From NCBI GenBank assembly GCA_002816455.1, contig MUCR01000017.1, positions 6,702 to 70,701 of the forward strand: a stretch of 64,000 bases of DNA, written 5' to 3'. Under the pieces are notes generated by a model. That model saw nothing but the letters and a program-made list of their open reading frames with translations. It had not been told where the DNA came from and did no database searches. Source of the DNA: SAR202 cluster bacterium Io17-Chloro-G4 (GTDB lineage: Bacteria; Chloroflexota; Dehalococcoidia; Lucifugimonadales; UBA3495). A program made the translations under genes and the position numbers. Positions within the stretch are counted from its first letter, which is position 1. Each line of letters opens with the position of its first letter. This document shows positions 42,228 through 52,561 of the stretch, piece after piece.

Positions 42228-43323
42228 TATGGCATCCACGGGCTTGAATATCCCAAACAGATTCCACTTTTCCGTTGCGGACGCCGATGAAGCGGTCCCA
42301 GCGGCTGACCATGGCGTCTTGTTGTGGCGGAAGCAGGGCTAGTTGGTCGCCGATTTGGAGATTCACACCGGTGTCCACTCGGAAGACGGTCCTGTCCGGG
42401 TCCATGGATTCCACCGTGACTCCTGGTCGGTCGTCCACCTCGGCCGTCGCCCGCAACATGCCCACGGCCTTGATTCCAGCGTCGCCCACAGCTACCCCCG
42501 GACGGGGCGTGCTGACGATGGTGGTCAGGACCTTGCCCGCATGGTGGAATTCGGTCATGTAATCATATGAGGTTTCCATGATCAGGTAGCTGCCGCCTTG
42601 GACCTCAGTTACACCGGGAATCTCTCCAGCCACGTCGTAGCTCCAAGTCTCTCCCGTGGAGACAATCTCCACGGGTATCCCGTCGGCTTCTATGGCGTCT
42701 TTCAGGTCGATCACGCCTTGGATGACCCGGCGCCCTTCCGTCACCCGGTCTTCCCTGTCGGGCATAACCGGGATTACCTGATGGCTCATGATGCCCCTAA
42801 AGGCTAGGCCGGGCAGTCCCCGGATAGTCTGGGCTAAGGCCAAGCCTTGTTGAATATCCTGCACTCCGCAGCGACCCATGCCGGTTTCCAGTTCGATTAC
42901 TACACCCAACTCAACGCCTTGGGCTGCCGCCGCTCGGGAGAGGTTTTGGGCGTTTTGCGGGTCGTCGCAGGCCACCATCATTTCCGCTTGCCCGGCCAGG
43001 GCGCACAACCGATCGATCTTTAGGGGCGCTATAACTTCGCTGGTGATGAAAACGCTGGGGATTCCTCCGTGGACCATGACCTCAGCCTCGGCGACCTTAG
43101 CTGAGCACACTCCGCCGACAGTCCCTCCGCGACGAATTTGCCGATGCGCGATGGCTGGCGTCTTGTGATTCTTGCTGTGACCTCGTAGCTTACTGGACTG
43201 GCCGGCGTAGAAGTCGGCGATTACGTCCATGTTGTTATCCAAGGCGTCCATGTCTAGGATTAAACACGGGGTGTCCAACTCTTCTATTGGCGTTCCCACC
43301 GTGGGCCGGTAGTTGTAGTCCAT
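42223..43323 (-). CDS. DSD1/D-threonine-aldolase-like PLP enzyme (alanine racemase N-domain fold), lysine motif intact
   Basis: Contains DTPCLILDMDAL...KLRGHSKNHKTPAIA...GGVCSAKVAEAEV. Confidence 0.8.
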   Translation of the reverse strand: MDYNYRPTVGTPIEELDTPCLILDMDALDNNMDVIADFYAGQSSKLRGHSKNHKTPAIAHRQIRRGGTVGGVCSAKVAEAEVMVHGGIPSVFITSEVIAPLKIDRLCALAGQAEMMVACDDPQNAQNLSRAAAAQGVELGVVIELETGMGRCGVQDIQQGLALAQTIRGLPGLAFRGIMSHQVIPVMPDREDRVTEGRRVIQGVIDLKDAIEADGIPVEIVSTGETWSYDVAGEIPGVTEVQGGSYLIMETSYDYMTEFHHAGKVLTTIVSTPRPGVAVGDAGIKAVGMLRATAEVDDRPGVTVESMDPDRTVFRVDTGVNLQIGDQLALLPPQQDAMVSRWDRFIGVRNGKVESVWDIQARGCHN

Positions 43324-43437
43324 CTTTCTCTCCCTCGAAGCAAATGTCAGCTTGAATTACACACTTATCGTTATGCAATGTTCGCACTGACCTAATGTGT
43401 TGGCGCGCCTCTATGGCAGCAATTCATGATCGCGGGG

Positions 43438-46400
43438 TTAAGAAGAACCCGCTTCCCGCTCCAGCCGCTCAATGTCTTCCTCACTGAGGTTGAAGTACTT
43501 GGCCTCCGGGTGATGGAAAACCAAGGCGGAAACCGACGATTCAGGATCCATCATGAATCCTTCGGTCAATTCCACCCCTATATTGCTGGTGACGTCCAGT
43601 AACCGGAAGAGCGGTTCCTGGTCTTCAAGTCTAGGACATGCCGGGTATCCGAATGAGTATCTCCGGCCCCGGTATTGGGTGCGGAATAGGTCCTGGTAGG
43701 TCGTCCCTGGCTGGTCGCCGAAGCCCCACATCTGGCGAATTTGCTGGTGCAGCAACTCGGCGAATCCCTCAGCGCTTTCCAGGGCCAATGCTTGGAGAAT
43801 GTGGGAGTCCAGAAGTTTTCCGTCATTCTTCAACTTCTGGGATAGTTCCAAGACGCCAGAACCAACGCTGACCACGAACATGGCAAGGTAGTCCAACTCG
43901 GCCAGGACGCTGGATACTGATGACAGCGGCAAAGCGTAGTCGGACAAGCACAGGCCGTCCCGCTGTGACTGTCGGCCAAAGTAAAAGCTTTCCAAGACGC
44001 TCTGGCCGTCTGGGCCATATATCAGCAGCTTCTGCCCGTCCGACGCACAAGGGAAAAACTTGAAGACGGCGTTGGCCTTGATGCGGTTGTCGGGCAGGGC
44101 CAGTTCTTCCACCCGGCGTACAGAATCCCGCAATTCTTGGGCGGCTGCGTCGCCAGCATCCAAAGCCTCGGAGAACCGGCCCTTGAAACCCAGGTGCCGG
44201 CCGTAGAGCATCTGGGGGTTGATGTAAGGGAATATCTGCTCCAAGTCAAAGTCTTCGAGCACATGGAGCAACAGGTCGGGCGGCCTGGGAATTGACGCCT
44301 CACGGCTGACTTGGTGTGCGGCTGGAGCTGTCGGCGTCTCGCTATTTTGTTGCGACTGAACGGCTGCAGCTTCTTCCGCAGCCTTAATGAGTTCTTCGGT
44401 TTCGACCTCCAGCCTGGCGGAGAGATTCTGACGCTCGTCGGCATCCTGCAAAGTGTTGGCCAAGGCTAAGCCGGACATAGCATCGGCGGCGTAGGCCACC
44501 AGGCTTCCATATTCTGGAGCAATGCGGAGCCGGGTAAACCTGTTTGAGAGAGCGGCCCCTCCAACCAACATAGGAGCGTCTACGCCTGCTTGGCGGAAAT
44601 CGTGGGCTGTTTCCACCATCATTTGGGCTGACTTCACCAGAAGACCAGACAGTCCAATAATGTCGGGCCGGTGCTCTTGGCAAGCGGTTATCAGTTCTTG
44701 CGGGGGCACTTTTATGCCTAAATTTATGACTTTGTAGCCGTTATTGGACAGGATGATGTCCACCAGGTTTTTGCCAATGTCATGAACATCGCCCTTCACA
44801 GTGGCTAGGACTATCTTTCCTCGGGTGGCGCTGTCAACCCGGTCCATATGAGGCTCAAGCTGGGCCACCGCGAATTTCATAGACTCGGCGGATTGCAGCA
44901 CTTCGGCGACGATGAGCTCATTCGCGTTAAACTGGCGGCCTACTTCGGTCATGCCGGCCATTAGCGGGCCATTGATTATTTCCAGAGGTTCCCTGTCGGC
45001 TAGCGCTTCCTCCAAGTCCTCGGCCAAGCCTTCTTTCGTGCCCTCTATGATAGCCAAGGCCAATCTCTCGTCCAAAGGAAGACTGAGGCGCTCTTCATTC
45101 GTCGCCTTAGGCGCCATGTCGCGGAAGTGAGCGGCGAAAGCAGCGACCGGGTCGTCGGTCCTGTCCCAAATCAGGTCCTCGGCCACATTCCTTTCATCTT
45201 CTGGAATGGTGGCGTACCGTTGCATCAATTCAGAATTTACTATGGCCATGTCCAAGCCCGCTTGCACGCAGTGGTACAGAAAAACCGAGTTAAGCACCTC
45301 CCGTCCGGCTGTGGGAAGACCAAAAGACACGTTGGAAATGCCAAGAACGGTTTTTGCCAATGGCAGGGCCTCTTTAATCAGCCGCACACCTTCGATGGTT
45401 TCAGCGGCCGAGCCCACGTAATTCTGGTCGCCGGTGCCAGCCGGGAAGACAAGGGGGTCGAAGATGATGTCCTCTGGCCGCACCCCGTACTTCTCCGTCA
45501 AAATCTGGTAAGAGCGTTGGGCAACTTCCAGCTTTCGTTGTCGGGTGACAGCCTGGGCCTGTTCCTTGTCATCGTCAATACAGCCGACCACGAGGGCGGC
45601 TCCAAACCGCCTGGCCAAGGGCACGATGGCCTGGAAGCGGGCCTCGCCGTCTTCCAGGTTAATCGAGTTAATAATCGCCTTGCCCTGAAGCCGTTTCAAC
45701 GCCTCTTCGATGACACGGTCATCGGTTGAATCCACCATTATTGGCGCTTTCACTTTCTTGGTCAGCAGCTCAAGGAAAGCAGTGATGTCCGCCGTTTCAT
45801 TCCGGTCAGGGTCCTGCAAGCAAACATCCAAGATATGAGCGCCGTTGCGGACTTGCTTGCGGCCAATCTCAGTTGCTTCCTCTAGAGCGCCATCAGCGAT
45901 CAGACGGCGAAAGCGGCGGCTTCCCAAGACGTTGGTGCGCTCGCCCACGATAGCGGGCCGGGTATCCTCATCGATGATCAGAGCTTCAATGCCCGATACA
46001 CGGGTTTCGCTAAGGCTGACTAATTCACGGGGAGATTTGTCGGCTGCCAGATCGGCCAACAACCGCACATGCTCCGGCCCCGTGCCGCAGCAACCGCCGA
46101 TTACGTTCAGCCAACCGGAATCAACGAAGTTGCCTAAAGTCCCGGCGATTTTTTCGGGCGTCTCGTTATACTTGCCGTTTTCGTCGGGAAGACCGGCATT
46201 GGGCACGCATGACACAGGGAAACGAGCAAGGGAGGCCAATGTGCGGATATGATCAGTCATGAACTCAGGGCCGGTGGCGCAGTTGAGGCCGACCCAAAGG
46301 AGGTCCCGGTGTTGGAGCGACGTGTAAAATGCCTCGGCATCCTGCCCGCCCAGCAACGTTCCCATGGCCTCGACCGTGCCTTGTACCGCCACTGGAATTT

Positions 46401-46971
46401 CCCGGCCAAGCTCGGCGAAAGCCCGGTCGATTCCAATTAGTCCCGCTTTGATGTTCAGCATGTCCTGGCCCGTTTCCAACAGCAGCACGTCGGCTCCACC
46501 TTCGATTAGTCCGGCAGCTTGTTCTTGGTAGGACTGGGTTAGCTCGTCAAAAGTAATGCCGCCGGTGACCGAGATGCTTTTGGTAGTGGGGCCCATGGAG
46601 CCAGCGACGAATCGGGGTTTTTCCGGCGTGCTGGCGGAGTCGGCCTCTTGCCGGGCGATTTGGGCGGCCAGACGGTTTAACCGTCTAGCTTCATGGGCCA
46701 GTTGGTATTCGGCCAGCACAATGGAAGCGCCTCCGAAAGTATCGGTCTCGGTAATATCGGCGCCCGCCTCCAAGTATCCTCGGTGAATTGCTGCGACCAA
46801 CTCGGGTCTGCTGACCACCAAGTATTCGTTGCAGCCTTCGTACTCTTCGCCGCCGAAGTCTTCCGGTCCAAGATCTAAGTCTTGGATAGCGGTGCCCATT
46901 GCGCCGTCGATCACCAAGATTCGTTCTTGTAGTAATGCTTTTATTGTCTGTGTTCGGTCGAGTGTGCTCAT
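43438..46971 (-). CDS. metH: Cobalamin-dependent methionine synthase
   Basis: 1177 aa. The Hcy-binding (DGAMGT, GGCCGT), pterin-binding, B12-binding (GDVHDIGKN) and AdoMet-activation domains appear in the canonical order. Confidence 0.95.
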   Translation of the reverse strand: MSTLDRTQTIKALLQERILVIDGAMGTAIQDLDLGPEDFGGEEYEGCNEYLVVSRPELVAAIHRGYLEAGADITETDTFGGASIVLAEYQLAHEARRLNRLAAQIARQEADSASTPEKPRFVAGSMGPTTKSISVTGGITFDELTQSYQEQAAGLIEGGADVLLLETGQDMLNIKAGLIGIDRAFAELGREIPVAVQGTVEAMGTLLGGQDAEAFYTSLQHRDLLWVGLNCATGPEFMTDHIRTLASLARFPVSCVPNAGLPDENGKYNETPEKIAGTLGNFVDSGWLNVIGGCCGTGPEHVRLLADLAADKSPRELVSLSETRVSGIEALIIDEDTRPAIVGERTNVLGSRRFRRLIADGALEEATEIGRKQVRNGAHILDVCLQDPDRNETADITAFLELLTKKVKAPIMVDSTDDRVIEEALKRLQGKAIINSINLEDGEARFQAIVPLARRFGAALVVGCIDDDKEQAQAVTRQRKLEVAQRSYQILTEKYGVRPEDIIFDPLVFPAGTGDQNYVGSAAETIEGVRLIKEALPLAKTVLGISNVSFGLPTAGREVLNSVFLYHCVQAGLDMAIVNSELMQRYATIPEDERNVAEDLIWDRTDDPVAAFAAHFRDMAPKATNEERLSLPLDERLALAIIEGTKEGLAEDLEEALADREPLEIINGPLMAGMTEVGRQFNANELIVAEVLQSAESMKFAVAQLEPHMDRVDSATRGKIVLATVKGDVHDIGKNLVDIILSNNGYKVINLGIKVPPQELITACQEHRPDIIGLSGLLVKSAQMMVETAHDFRQAGVDAPMLVGGAALSNRFTRLRIAPEYGSLVAYAADAMSGLALANTLQDADERQNLSARLEVETEELIKAAEEAAAVQSQQNSETPTAPAAHQVSREASIPRPPDLLLHVLEDFDLEQIFPYINPQMLYGRHLGFKGRFSEALDAGDAAAQELRDSVRRVEELALPDNRIKANAVFKFFPCASDGQKLLIYGPDGQSVLESFYFGRQSQRDGLCLSDYALPLSSVSSVLAELDYLAMFVVSVGSGVLELSQKLKNDGKLLDSHILQALALESAEGFAELLHQQIRQMWGFGDQPGTTYQDLFRTQYRGRRYSFGYPACPRLEDQEPLFRLLDVTSNIGVELTEGFMMDPESSVSALVFHHPEAKYFNLSEEDIERLEREAGSS

Positions 46972-47018
46972 TTATTCCAAACGTATATTACGGATTTCAT
47001 CGCAGGGGCACGTTCACC

Positions 47019-47027
47019 ATTGTAGCA
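47019..47027 (-). promoter_or_regulatory. Possible extended -10 (TGCTACAAT) upstream of metH
   Basis: The minus strand reads TGcTACAAT about 48 nt upstream of ATG 46971. This is a weak call. Confidence 0.25.
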
Positions 47028-47065
47028 TCGGCCCTTCGTGAAGGAAACGCCGAAGGGCGGCAACC

Positions 47066-47116
47066 GTGGTTCGACAAGCCTGTCCTGAGCCAAGCCGAAG
47101 GGCTCACCATGAGCGG
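47066..47116. repeat. REP-like repeat family 1, long variant (GTGGTTCGACAAGCCTGTCCTGAGC...GAAGGGCTCACCATGAGCGG)
   Basis: It has the same architecture as 56799-56848. Confidence 0.75.
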
Positions 47117-47160
47117 AATATCGTCTTCCGGTCGCCCGGACCCTTCAAAGGCCGGAAGAC

Positions 47161-47349
47161 CTAATTCGTATCGGCGTCTCTGGAAATCCGAGGGATATGC
47201 TTCCGCATTTCCAACATACGGTCCAGCGACTCAATCTTCTTAGTCAGGCTCATTTTTGCCCGCCTTTGGTGCCACTTCTCCTTCTCACGGAAAGCCAGTT
47301 CCGTGTAGCTCTTGGAGTCGGCGGGCAAGCGTGCCTTTTTCATCGTCAT
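47161..47349 (-). CDS. Small hypothetical protein (62 aa), overlapping the 3' end of the NTase-like gene
   Basis: The ORF lies in the low-GC islet and has basic/helical composition (KSYTELAFREKEKWHQRRAKMSLTKKIESLDRMLEM). The 65-nt out-of-frame overlap makes the start uncertain. Confidence 0.35.
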   Translation of the reverse strand: MTMKKARLPADSKSYTELAFREKEKWHQRRAKMSLTKKIESLDRMLEMRKHIPRISRDADTN

Positions 47350-47800
47350 ACCGCTCTATCAGACCTCGCAGCTTAGGTATGTCTGCGTTGGGCATCAAAT
47401 TCATTATTCGGAGTTTGTCTTTTTCTCGAAACGGCTCCAAATATAATAGTATCAAATGTTCTGCTGAGGCGAACTTGGACCGCAGCCTGCCGAACTTAAC
47501 TGGTAACGCTTGATCTAATGTATTCTGGAACAGAGGCTTGGTGTTGGACGGAAACATTTGTACCGGAACGCCACCAATAATATGGTGCATACCCTCTTGG
47601 CCTTCCGCCACTTCGCCCATACGACGGAAAACGCGGAGGTATTCCTCATCCGAATTGATTGAGACAATAACATCTAGGTCTTCTGTGAAAATTGCCTCCA
47701 TGTAAGCTGAGGCCGCTATGGCGCCGATGACCGCATAGTCTTTTATGATCTTGCGGCGCTTTAACCCGTTCAATATGCGGAAAGCATCGGTGAAGGACAT
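47285..47800 (-). CDS. Nucleotidyltransferase-fold-like protein (minimal NTase / AbiEii-like), 171 aa
   Basis: VIGAIAASAYMEAIFTEDLDVIV resembles the hG[GS]-x(9-13)-D-h-[DE]-h NTase signature. GC content is visibly lower than in the flanking genes. Confidence 0.45.
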   Translation of the reverse strand: MSFTDAFRILNGLKRRKIIKDYAVIGAIAASAYMEAIFTEDLDVIVSINSDEEYLRVFRRMGEVAEGQEGMHHIIGGVPVQMFPSNTKPLFQNTLDQALPVKFGRLRSKFASAEHLILLYLEPFREKDKLRIMNLMPNADIPKLRGLIERYDDEKGTLARRLQELHGTGFP

Positions 47801-47896
47801 ATTGGGTTCCCAATGTTCCAGCTAACCGACGCCAGCCGCGAATTCACCAAAGGCGAGTCGACCAGTCTAGGTCAGCGTTGAAGAATTACGTGTCTA

Positions 47897-50524
47897 TTAA
47901 GCCAGCCACCCGGCGACTTCCTCCCGGTTTCTTTCCAGCCAGTGGATGTTCAGGCGGATGCGTTCCAAGGCTTGGCGGATGGTACGCTCGGCGGCAGGAG
48001 CCGGGTTTTCCTTGAAGAAGGACTCCACGTCCGCCAGCTTTTCCTGAGTCCTGAAATTGCCGCAGACGGAGACCAAACGCATCAATCCGAACCCTCCGGA
48101 ACCGTAGCGTCGGTCGAACTCGGGCCAATTGGATTTGATAAAGTCCCAGGCCAATTCTTGTCCCTTGAGATTGGAACCTACTCCACTCACCACAAAAATG
48201 GTGTCTTGGGACCGTACCTCTGCGGACAGAGACCGTTCCAGCGTCTCCCTCAGCAATTCCAAGTCCGAGAACCTGGTGAGCGACATTAGCAGGCGAATTT
48301 TTTCTTCTTGTAGCGTGGTCTGCTCTTCAAGCTTCCATAGCTGATCGTAAGTCGCCCGGTCACCGGACTGACCGGCCAAGCCGAACACTAAGCCCCGTAG
48401 GTCGGGATGTATCTCCGAAGGGTCCTTGAGATATTTCCCGAACCGGGCTTTGGCCTCATTTAGCACCCCGGCGTCTTCATAGCTACCAGCCTGGCTTAGA
48501 ACAGTGCTGCGCAGCAAGGCGTCTAGGTGCCCTTCTCCCGGTTTTGCGTCCCAGCCAGCCCGTTGCACGGCCGGTTGAAAGATCCCCCGGGCGAAGGCTT
48601 GGAACCGGGCGTGGGAAGGTTCACCCGCCAGCATTACCTCAATGTCTCTCATGTTGCTGGAGAGGTCTCCCCAGACTGAGGCGTCGGTCTCGTTTCCGTA
48701 AGCCTTGGCCAAGGACAAGAATTGAGTTACCGGCAACAATCCGGCCCTAGAAAGGGAGTAGGCGTCATTTTGTATTCCCAAACGGTCGGAGGCGGGCAGT
48801 TCCAGAGACTCCACGGCTGGCACCAATCGCTGCCAGTCTGCGGCCTGGTAGTTGACCCGGAAGAAGCCAGCCTGGTCAGGATTGACTTTGAACCAGTCCT
48901 GAGCTTGGCCTGATCTTGGCGCCAATGGCGTACGCACGCTTCGCTCGTCCATCAATAGCGATGTGCCCTCTTCAGAACCGCTACGGCTGATCCTGATGGG
49001 CACCCGCCACAGCCCCCCTGTATCCCCTGTAGCTAAGGCGGGACTAAGGGGTGTGTCTTCGCCCAACAGGGCGTCATAGACAAACCGCTGCTGGGATAGC
49101 TCTAACTCGGGTTGGTCGGCGGTTCCCACTGTATCGACCTGCAGCACCGGATAACCCATCTGCTTGGTCCAAGAGTTCATAATCGAGGTAACCGGCTGGC
49201 CCGACGAGGTCTCCAACGCTGCCCACAAATCTTCGGTTTTAGCATTACTGTATTGATTCTTGGAAATATAGACCTGTAGGCCCCTTTGGAAGGTGGCAGG
49301 GCCAAGAAACTGCTCCAGCATGCGAATCACCGATGCGCCTTTGGAATAGCTGATGGCGTCGAAAAGCTGGCCTATCTCAGCGGGGTCGTTTACTTCCTGC
49401 TCTATTGGATGGGAGTTTTTGAGCCCGTCCAAGCTGAGGGCCCGGTTAGTGTCCATATTGACGAACTGGGTCCACATTTCCCATTCCGGGAAAGCCCAGT
49501 CCACTGCCTTGTTCCCCATCCAGGAGGCAAAGCTTTCGTTTAGCCACAGGTCGTCCCACCACTCCATGGTTACCAGATCTCCGAACCACATATGGGCCAT
49601 TTCGTGGGCCACCACTTCGGCGACTCGCTGCCGGGTCCCTGCGGACGAATTGTCAGGGTCCACCAGCAATGCCGTTTCCCGGTAGGTTATGGCTCCCCAG
49701 TTTTCCATGGCGCCTGCCGCGAAGTCGGGGATGGCGATGTGGTCCAGCTTTTCCAGTGGATAGGGGATCCCGAAATAATCGTTAAAGAATCCCAGCATCC
49801 GCACGGAGGTCTCCAAAGCGAACCTTCCCTGCTCCTCTTTGCCCCGGGTAGTCCACACCGCAATCTGGGTGCTGCCGCCGTCGCCGGTGTACTTGGACTC
49901 AATCGATGTAAAGTCTCCCACCATGAAGGCCAAGAGATAGGTTGACATAATCGGCGTCTCGGCAAACCGCAGGCTCTTTAATCCCGCTCCCGCTGCTGAT
50001 TCCTCGACCACCGGATTGTTGGACACAGCCACCAAATCCGAAGGTATGACTAAAGTCAGATCGAAGCTGGCCTTGTGGGATGGTTCATCCCAGCAAGGGA
50101 AAGCCCGCCGAGCGTCGGTTGCTTCGAACTGGGTGGTCGCCAAAGTTCGCTCTTTCCCGTCTTCGCCGGTGTAATGGCTCCGGTAAAACCCGCGGAGCTT
50201 GTCGTTAAGGACGCCGGTAAAGCCCAGGGTCAGGGTACCTTGGCCCGGATTAACCGCTATTCCGAAATCCAGGGTGACGGTCTCTTTAGCGGAGTCGTAG
50301 TTTATATTCGTTGCGTTGCTGGTGACCCCATCCATGATCAAAGCCGCCGACTGCACCTTCAGCTCGATGGCGTTCAAAACGATCTCGGAGGCGCCTTCGA
50401 CCACCTCAATGGAGACGCTCTCTTCGCCCTTGAATGTGAACTGCTCCAAGTCGGGCTGGATTTTCAGGGTGTACTTGGTGGGCCGGACGGATTGAGGCAA
50501 GACGTATGCGTCGGGACCTGGCAT
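47897..50524 (-). CDS. pepN: Aminopeptidase N (M1 family)
   Basis: Contains GAMENWG and HEMAHMWFGDLVTMEWWDDLWLNESFA (HEXXH-X18-E). 875 aa. Confidence 0.9.
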   Translation of the reverse strand: MPGPDAYVLPQSVRPTKYTLKIQPDLEQFTFKGEESVSIEVVEGASEIVLNAIELKVQSAALIMDGVTSNATNINYDSAKETVTLDFGIAVNPGQGTLTLGFTGVLNDKLRGFYRSHYTGEDGKERTLATTQFEATDARRAFPCWDEPSHKASFDLTLVIPSDLVAVSNNPVVEESAAGAGLKSLRFAETPIMSTYLLAFMVGDFTSIESKYTGDGGSTQIAVWTTRGKEEQGRFALETSVRMLGFFNDYFGIPYPLEKLDHIAIPDFAAGAMENWGAITYRETALLVDPDNSSAGTRQRVAEVVAHEMAHMWFGDLVTMEWWDDLWLNESFASWMGNKAVDWAFPEWEMWTQFVNMDTNRALSLDGLKNSHPIEQEVNDPAEIGQLFDAISYSKGASVIRMLEQFLGPATFQRGLQVYISKNQYSNAKTEDLWAALETSSGQPVTSIMNSWTKQMGYPVLQVDTVGTADQPELELSQQRFVYDALLGEDTPLSPALATGDTGGLWRVPIRISRSGSEEGTSLLMDERSVRTPLAPRSGQAQDWFKVNPDQAGFFRVNYQAADWQRLVPAVESLELPASDRLGIQNDAYSLSRAGLLPVTQFLSLAKAYGNETDASVWGDLSSNMRDIEVMLAGEPSHARFQAFARGIFQPAVQRAGWDAKPGEGHLDALLRSTVLSQAGSYEDAGVLNEAKARFGKYLKDPSEIHPDLRGLVFGLAGQSGDRATYDQLWKLEEQTTLQEEKIRLLMSLTRFSDLELLRETLERSLSAEVRSQDTIFVVSGVGSNLKGQELAWDFIKSNWPEFDRRYGSGGFGLMRLVSVCGNFRTQEKLADVESFFKENPAPAAERTIRQALERIRLNIHWLERNREEVAGWLA

Positions 50525-50765
50525 GGTTGGGGACCTCCTAAAAACTTAACAATGCAAATGCGAAATGCAAATACAAAAGGTGAGTATGATGCCTAAATTC
50601 GGTGGATGGTCTTAGGTATCTGAGGAAAGAAAAAGTGAACCTGTCCAACCGCTAGTGTACCATCGCTTGGGTGCCTTGGTCTGCCCGTCCTAGGTGATCC
50701 GCCCAGCGTTGCCCTCCATTCTGCGTGAACCTATCCCGAAGAATGACTGCGGGATAGGACCAAGG

Positions 50766-50774
50766 TGATATAAT
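50766..50774 (+). promoter_or_regulatory. Possible extended -10 element TGATATAAT upstream of leuC
   Basis: An exact TGnTATAAT lies about 107 nt upstream of ATG 50881. A 9-bp-stem hairpin (50791-50823) and a T6 run follow downstream. Confidence 0.35.
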
Positions 50775-50880
50775 TGCCTTCGCTTTTCGGAGGTAGCGCC
50801 AAGTTCCAAGTGCTGCCTCCGCCTATGTCCGATTTTTTGCCCCGATATTACCCAAGAAGATTCAGGAGAAATAAGCTAAC

Positions 50881-52284
50881 ATGCCGCCACAAACCTTATT
50901 CGAGAAAATTTGGGATGCTCACCTGGTACATGACGAGCCGGAGCAGCCCTCAATCATTTACATCGACCTTCACTTGGTGCATGAGGTAACCTCCGCCCAG
51001 GCCTTTGACGGTCTGAGAATGGCTGACCGGCCGGTGCGGCGCACCGACCTGACCATCGCTACTGCCGACCACAACACTCCCACTTGGGAATTGACCCGTC
51101 CGGTGGTGGACGAAATTTCCATCAAACAACTGGAAGCGCTCACCAAGAACTGTGAAGAGTTCGGGGTCACCCTTTACGACCGTTTCAGTCCTTATCAAGG
51201 CATCGTCCACATCATAGGACCCGACCTGGGCTATACCCAACCGGGCAAGACGGTGGTCTGTGGCGACAGTCACACAGCAACCCACGGCGCTCTGGGAGCT
51301 TTTGCCATTGGTATCGGCACTTCGGAAGTGGAGCATGTGCTGGCCACTCAAACCCTGCGCCAATTCAAGCCCAATACCATGGAAGTGAGAATCAATGGCG
51401 AGCTACCCGCAGGTGTGTCCCCCAAGGACGTGATTTTGGGAATCATTGGCCGCATCGGCGTGAACGGCGGCGTGGGCCACGTCATTGAATACACCGGCGA
51501 GGCCATTCGCTCCATGTCCATGGACGGCAGGATGACCGTCTGCAACATGAGCATTGAAGGCGGGGCAAGAGCTGGAATGGTCGCTCCGGACCAGACCACA
51601 TTCGATTACCTGCGAGGACGCCGTTTCGCTCCACAGGGCAAGGACTTCGACGAGGCCGTGGAAGGCTGGAAAACCCTGCCCACAGACCAAGGCGCCAAAT
51701 TCGACCGCCTAGTCGAAATCGAATCGTCCAGCTTGGAGCCTTTCGTGACTTGGGGCATTAACCCGGGAATGGTAATCCCAGTTACCAGCAGGGTGCCCGA
51801 CCCGGCGTCTTACTCCGACCCCAACGAGCGGGAGGTCGCGGAGCGGGCGCTTCAGTACATGGGCTTGGAGCCGGATACTCCCATGGAAGAGGTGAAAATC
51901 GACCGGGTATTTATCGGCGCCTGCACCAACGCTCGCTTGGAAGACCTACGGGCCGCCGCCGAGGTGGTAAAGGGTAAGAAAGCCCACCCGGACGTTTACA
52001 GCATGGTGGTTCCCGGATCGGCGCTGATAAAGCAGCAAGCCGAAGAGGAAGGCCTGGACCGAATCTTTACAGACGCCGGTTTCGACTGGCGGGTAGCTGG
52101 CTGCTCCATGTGTTTAGGCATGAACCCGGATATTCTGGAAGTAGGACAACGCTGCGCCTCCACCTCCAACCGCAATTTTGAGAACCGTCAAGGCAAGGGA
52201 GGCCGCACCCACCTGGTGAGCCCGGCCATGGCTGCCGCTGCGGGAATTGCCGGCCACTTCGTGGACATCAGGGAGTGGTCTTAG
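50881..52284 (+). CDS. leuC: 3-isopropylmalate dehydratase large subunit
   Basis: Contains [29 protein letters not shown] and CSMCLGMN. Confidence 0.95.
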   Translation: MPPQTLFEKIWDAHLVHDEPEQPSIIYIDLHLVHEVTSAQAFDGLRMADRPVRRTDLTIATADHNTPTWELTRPVVDEISIKQLEALTKNCEEFGVTLYDRFSPYQGIVHIIGPDLGYTQPGKTVVCGDSHTATHGALGAFAIGIGTSEVEHVLATQTLRQFKPNTMEVRINGELPAGVSPKDVILGIIGRIGVNGGVGHVIEYTGEAIRSMSMDGRMTVCNMSIEGGARAGMVAPDQTTFDYLRGRRFAPQGKDFDEAVEGWKTLPTDQGAKFDRLVEIESSSLEPFVTWGINPGMVIPVTSRVPDPASYSDPNEREVAERALQYMGLEPDTPMEEVKIDRVFIGACTNARLEDLRAAAEVVKGKKAHPDVYSMVVPGSALIKQQAEEEGLDRIFTDAGFDWRVAGCSMCLGMNPDILEVGQRCASTSNRNFENRQGKGGRTHLVSPAMAAAAGIAGHFVDIREWS

Positions 52285-52304
52285 AATGCCCACAAGTGGT
52301 AACT

Positions 52305-52333
52305 CCCTTCGTCCTGAGCTTGTCGAAGGATAC
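52305..52333. repeat. REP-like repeat family 1 variant (CCCTTCGTCCTGAGCTTGTCGAAGGATAC)
   Basis: This is the 'PELVEG'-type palindromic variant, located in the leuC-leuD spacer. Confidence 0.7.
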
Positions 52334-52492
52334 TGGTGAATCAGGCCGATCATGAGTTTCTACGTGTAAATACTTTGTTGCTCGGACGGGTCTTACTATG
52401 TTGGACATACAGCTGTTAAAAGGCTGGTCTCGACTAAAGAAAGAAGCTCTGATTCAAGGAGATTGGGAAACCATAAATTGGTTGTCTAAGTC

Positions 52493-52523
52493 GGGTGGTT
52501 CGACAAGCTCACCACGAACGGGG
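52493..52523. repeat. REP-like repeat family 1 (reverse orientation)
   Basis: GGGTGGTTCGACAAGCTCACCACGAACGGGG, in the leuC-leuD spacer. Confidence 0.8.
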
Positions 52524-52561
52524 TGAGTATCAAAGATTTTAAAATTTAACGGAGAGCCGAA

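Noticed and set aside
46972-47160. A riboswitch (cobalamin or SAM) in the metH 5' region.
   Set aside because: The leader is short and mostly occupied by a family-1 REP variant plus one simple hairpin. I could not find the conserved B12-box or the SAM-I junction motifs.
50775-50880. A leucine leader-peptide attenuator or T-box upstream of leuC.
   Set aside because: A hairpin (50791-50823) and a T6 run exist, but they are about 10 nt apart. No Leu-rich leader ORF is present, and the region is too short for a T-box. It is kept only as a possible promoter or 5' UTR structure.
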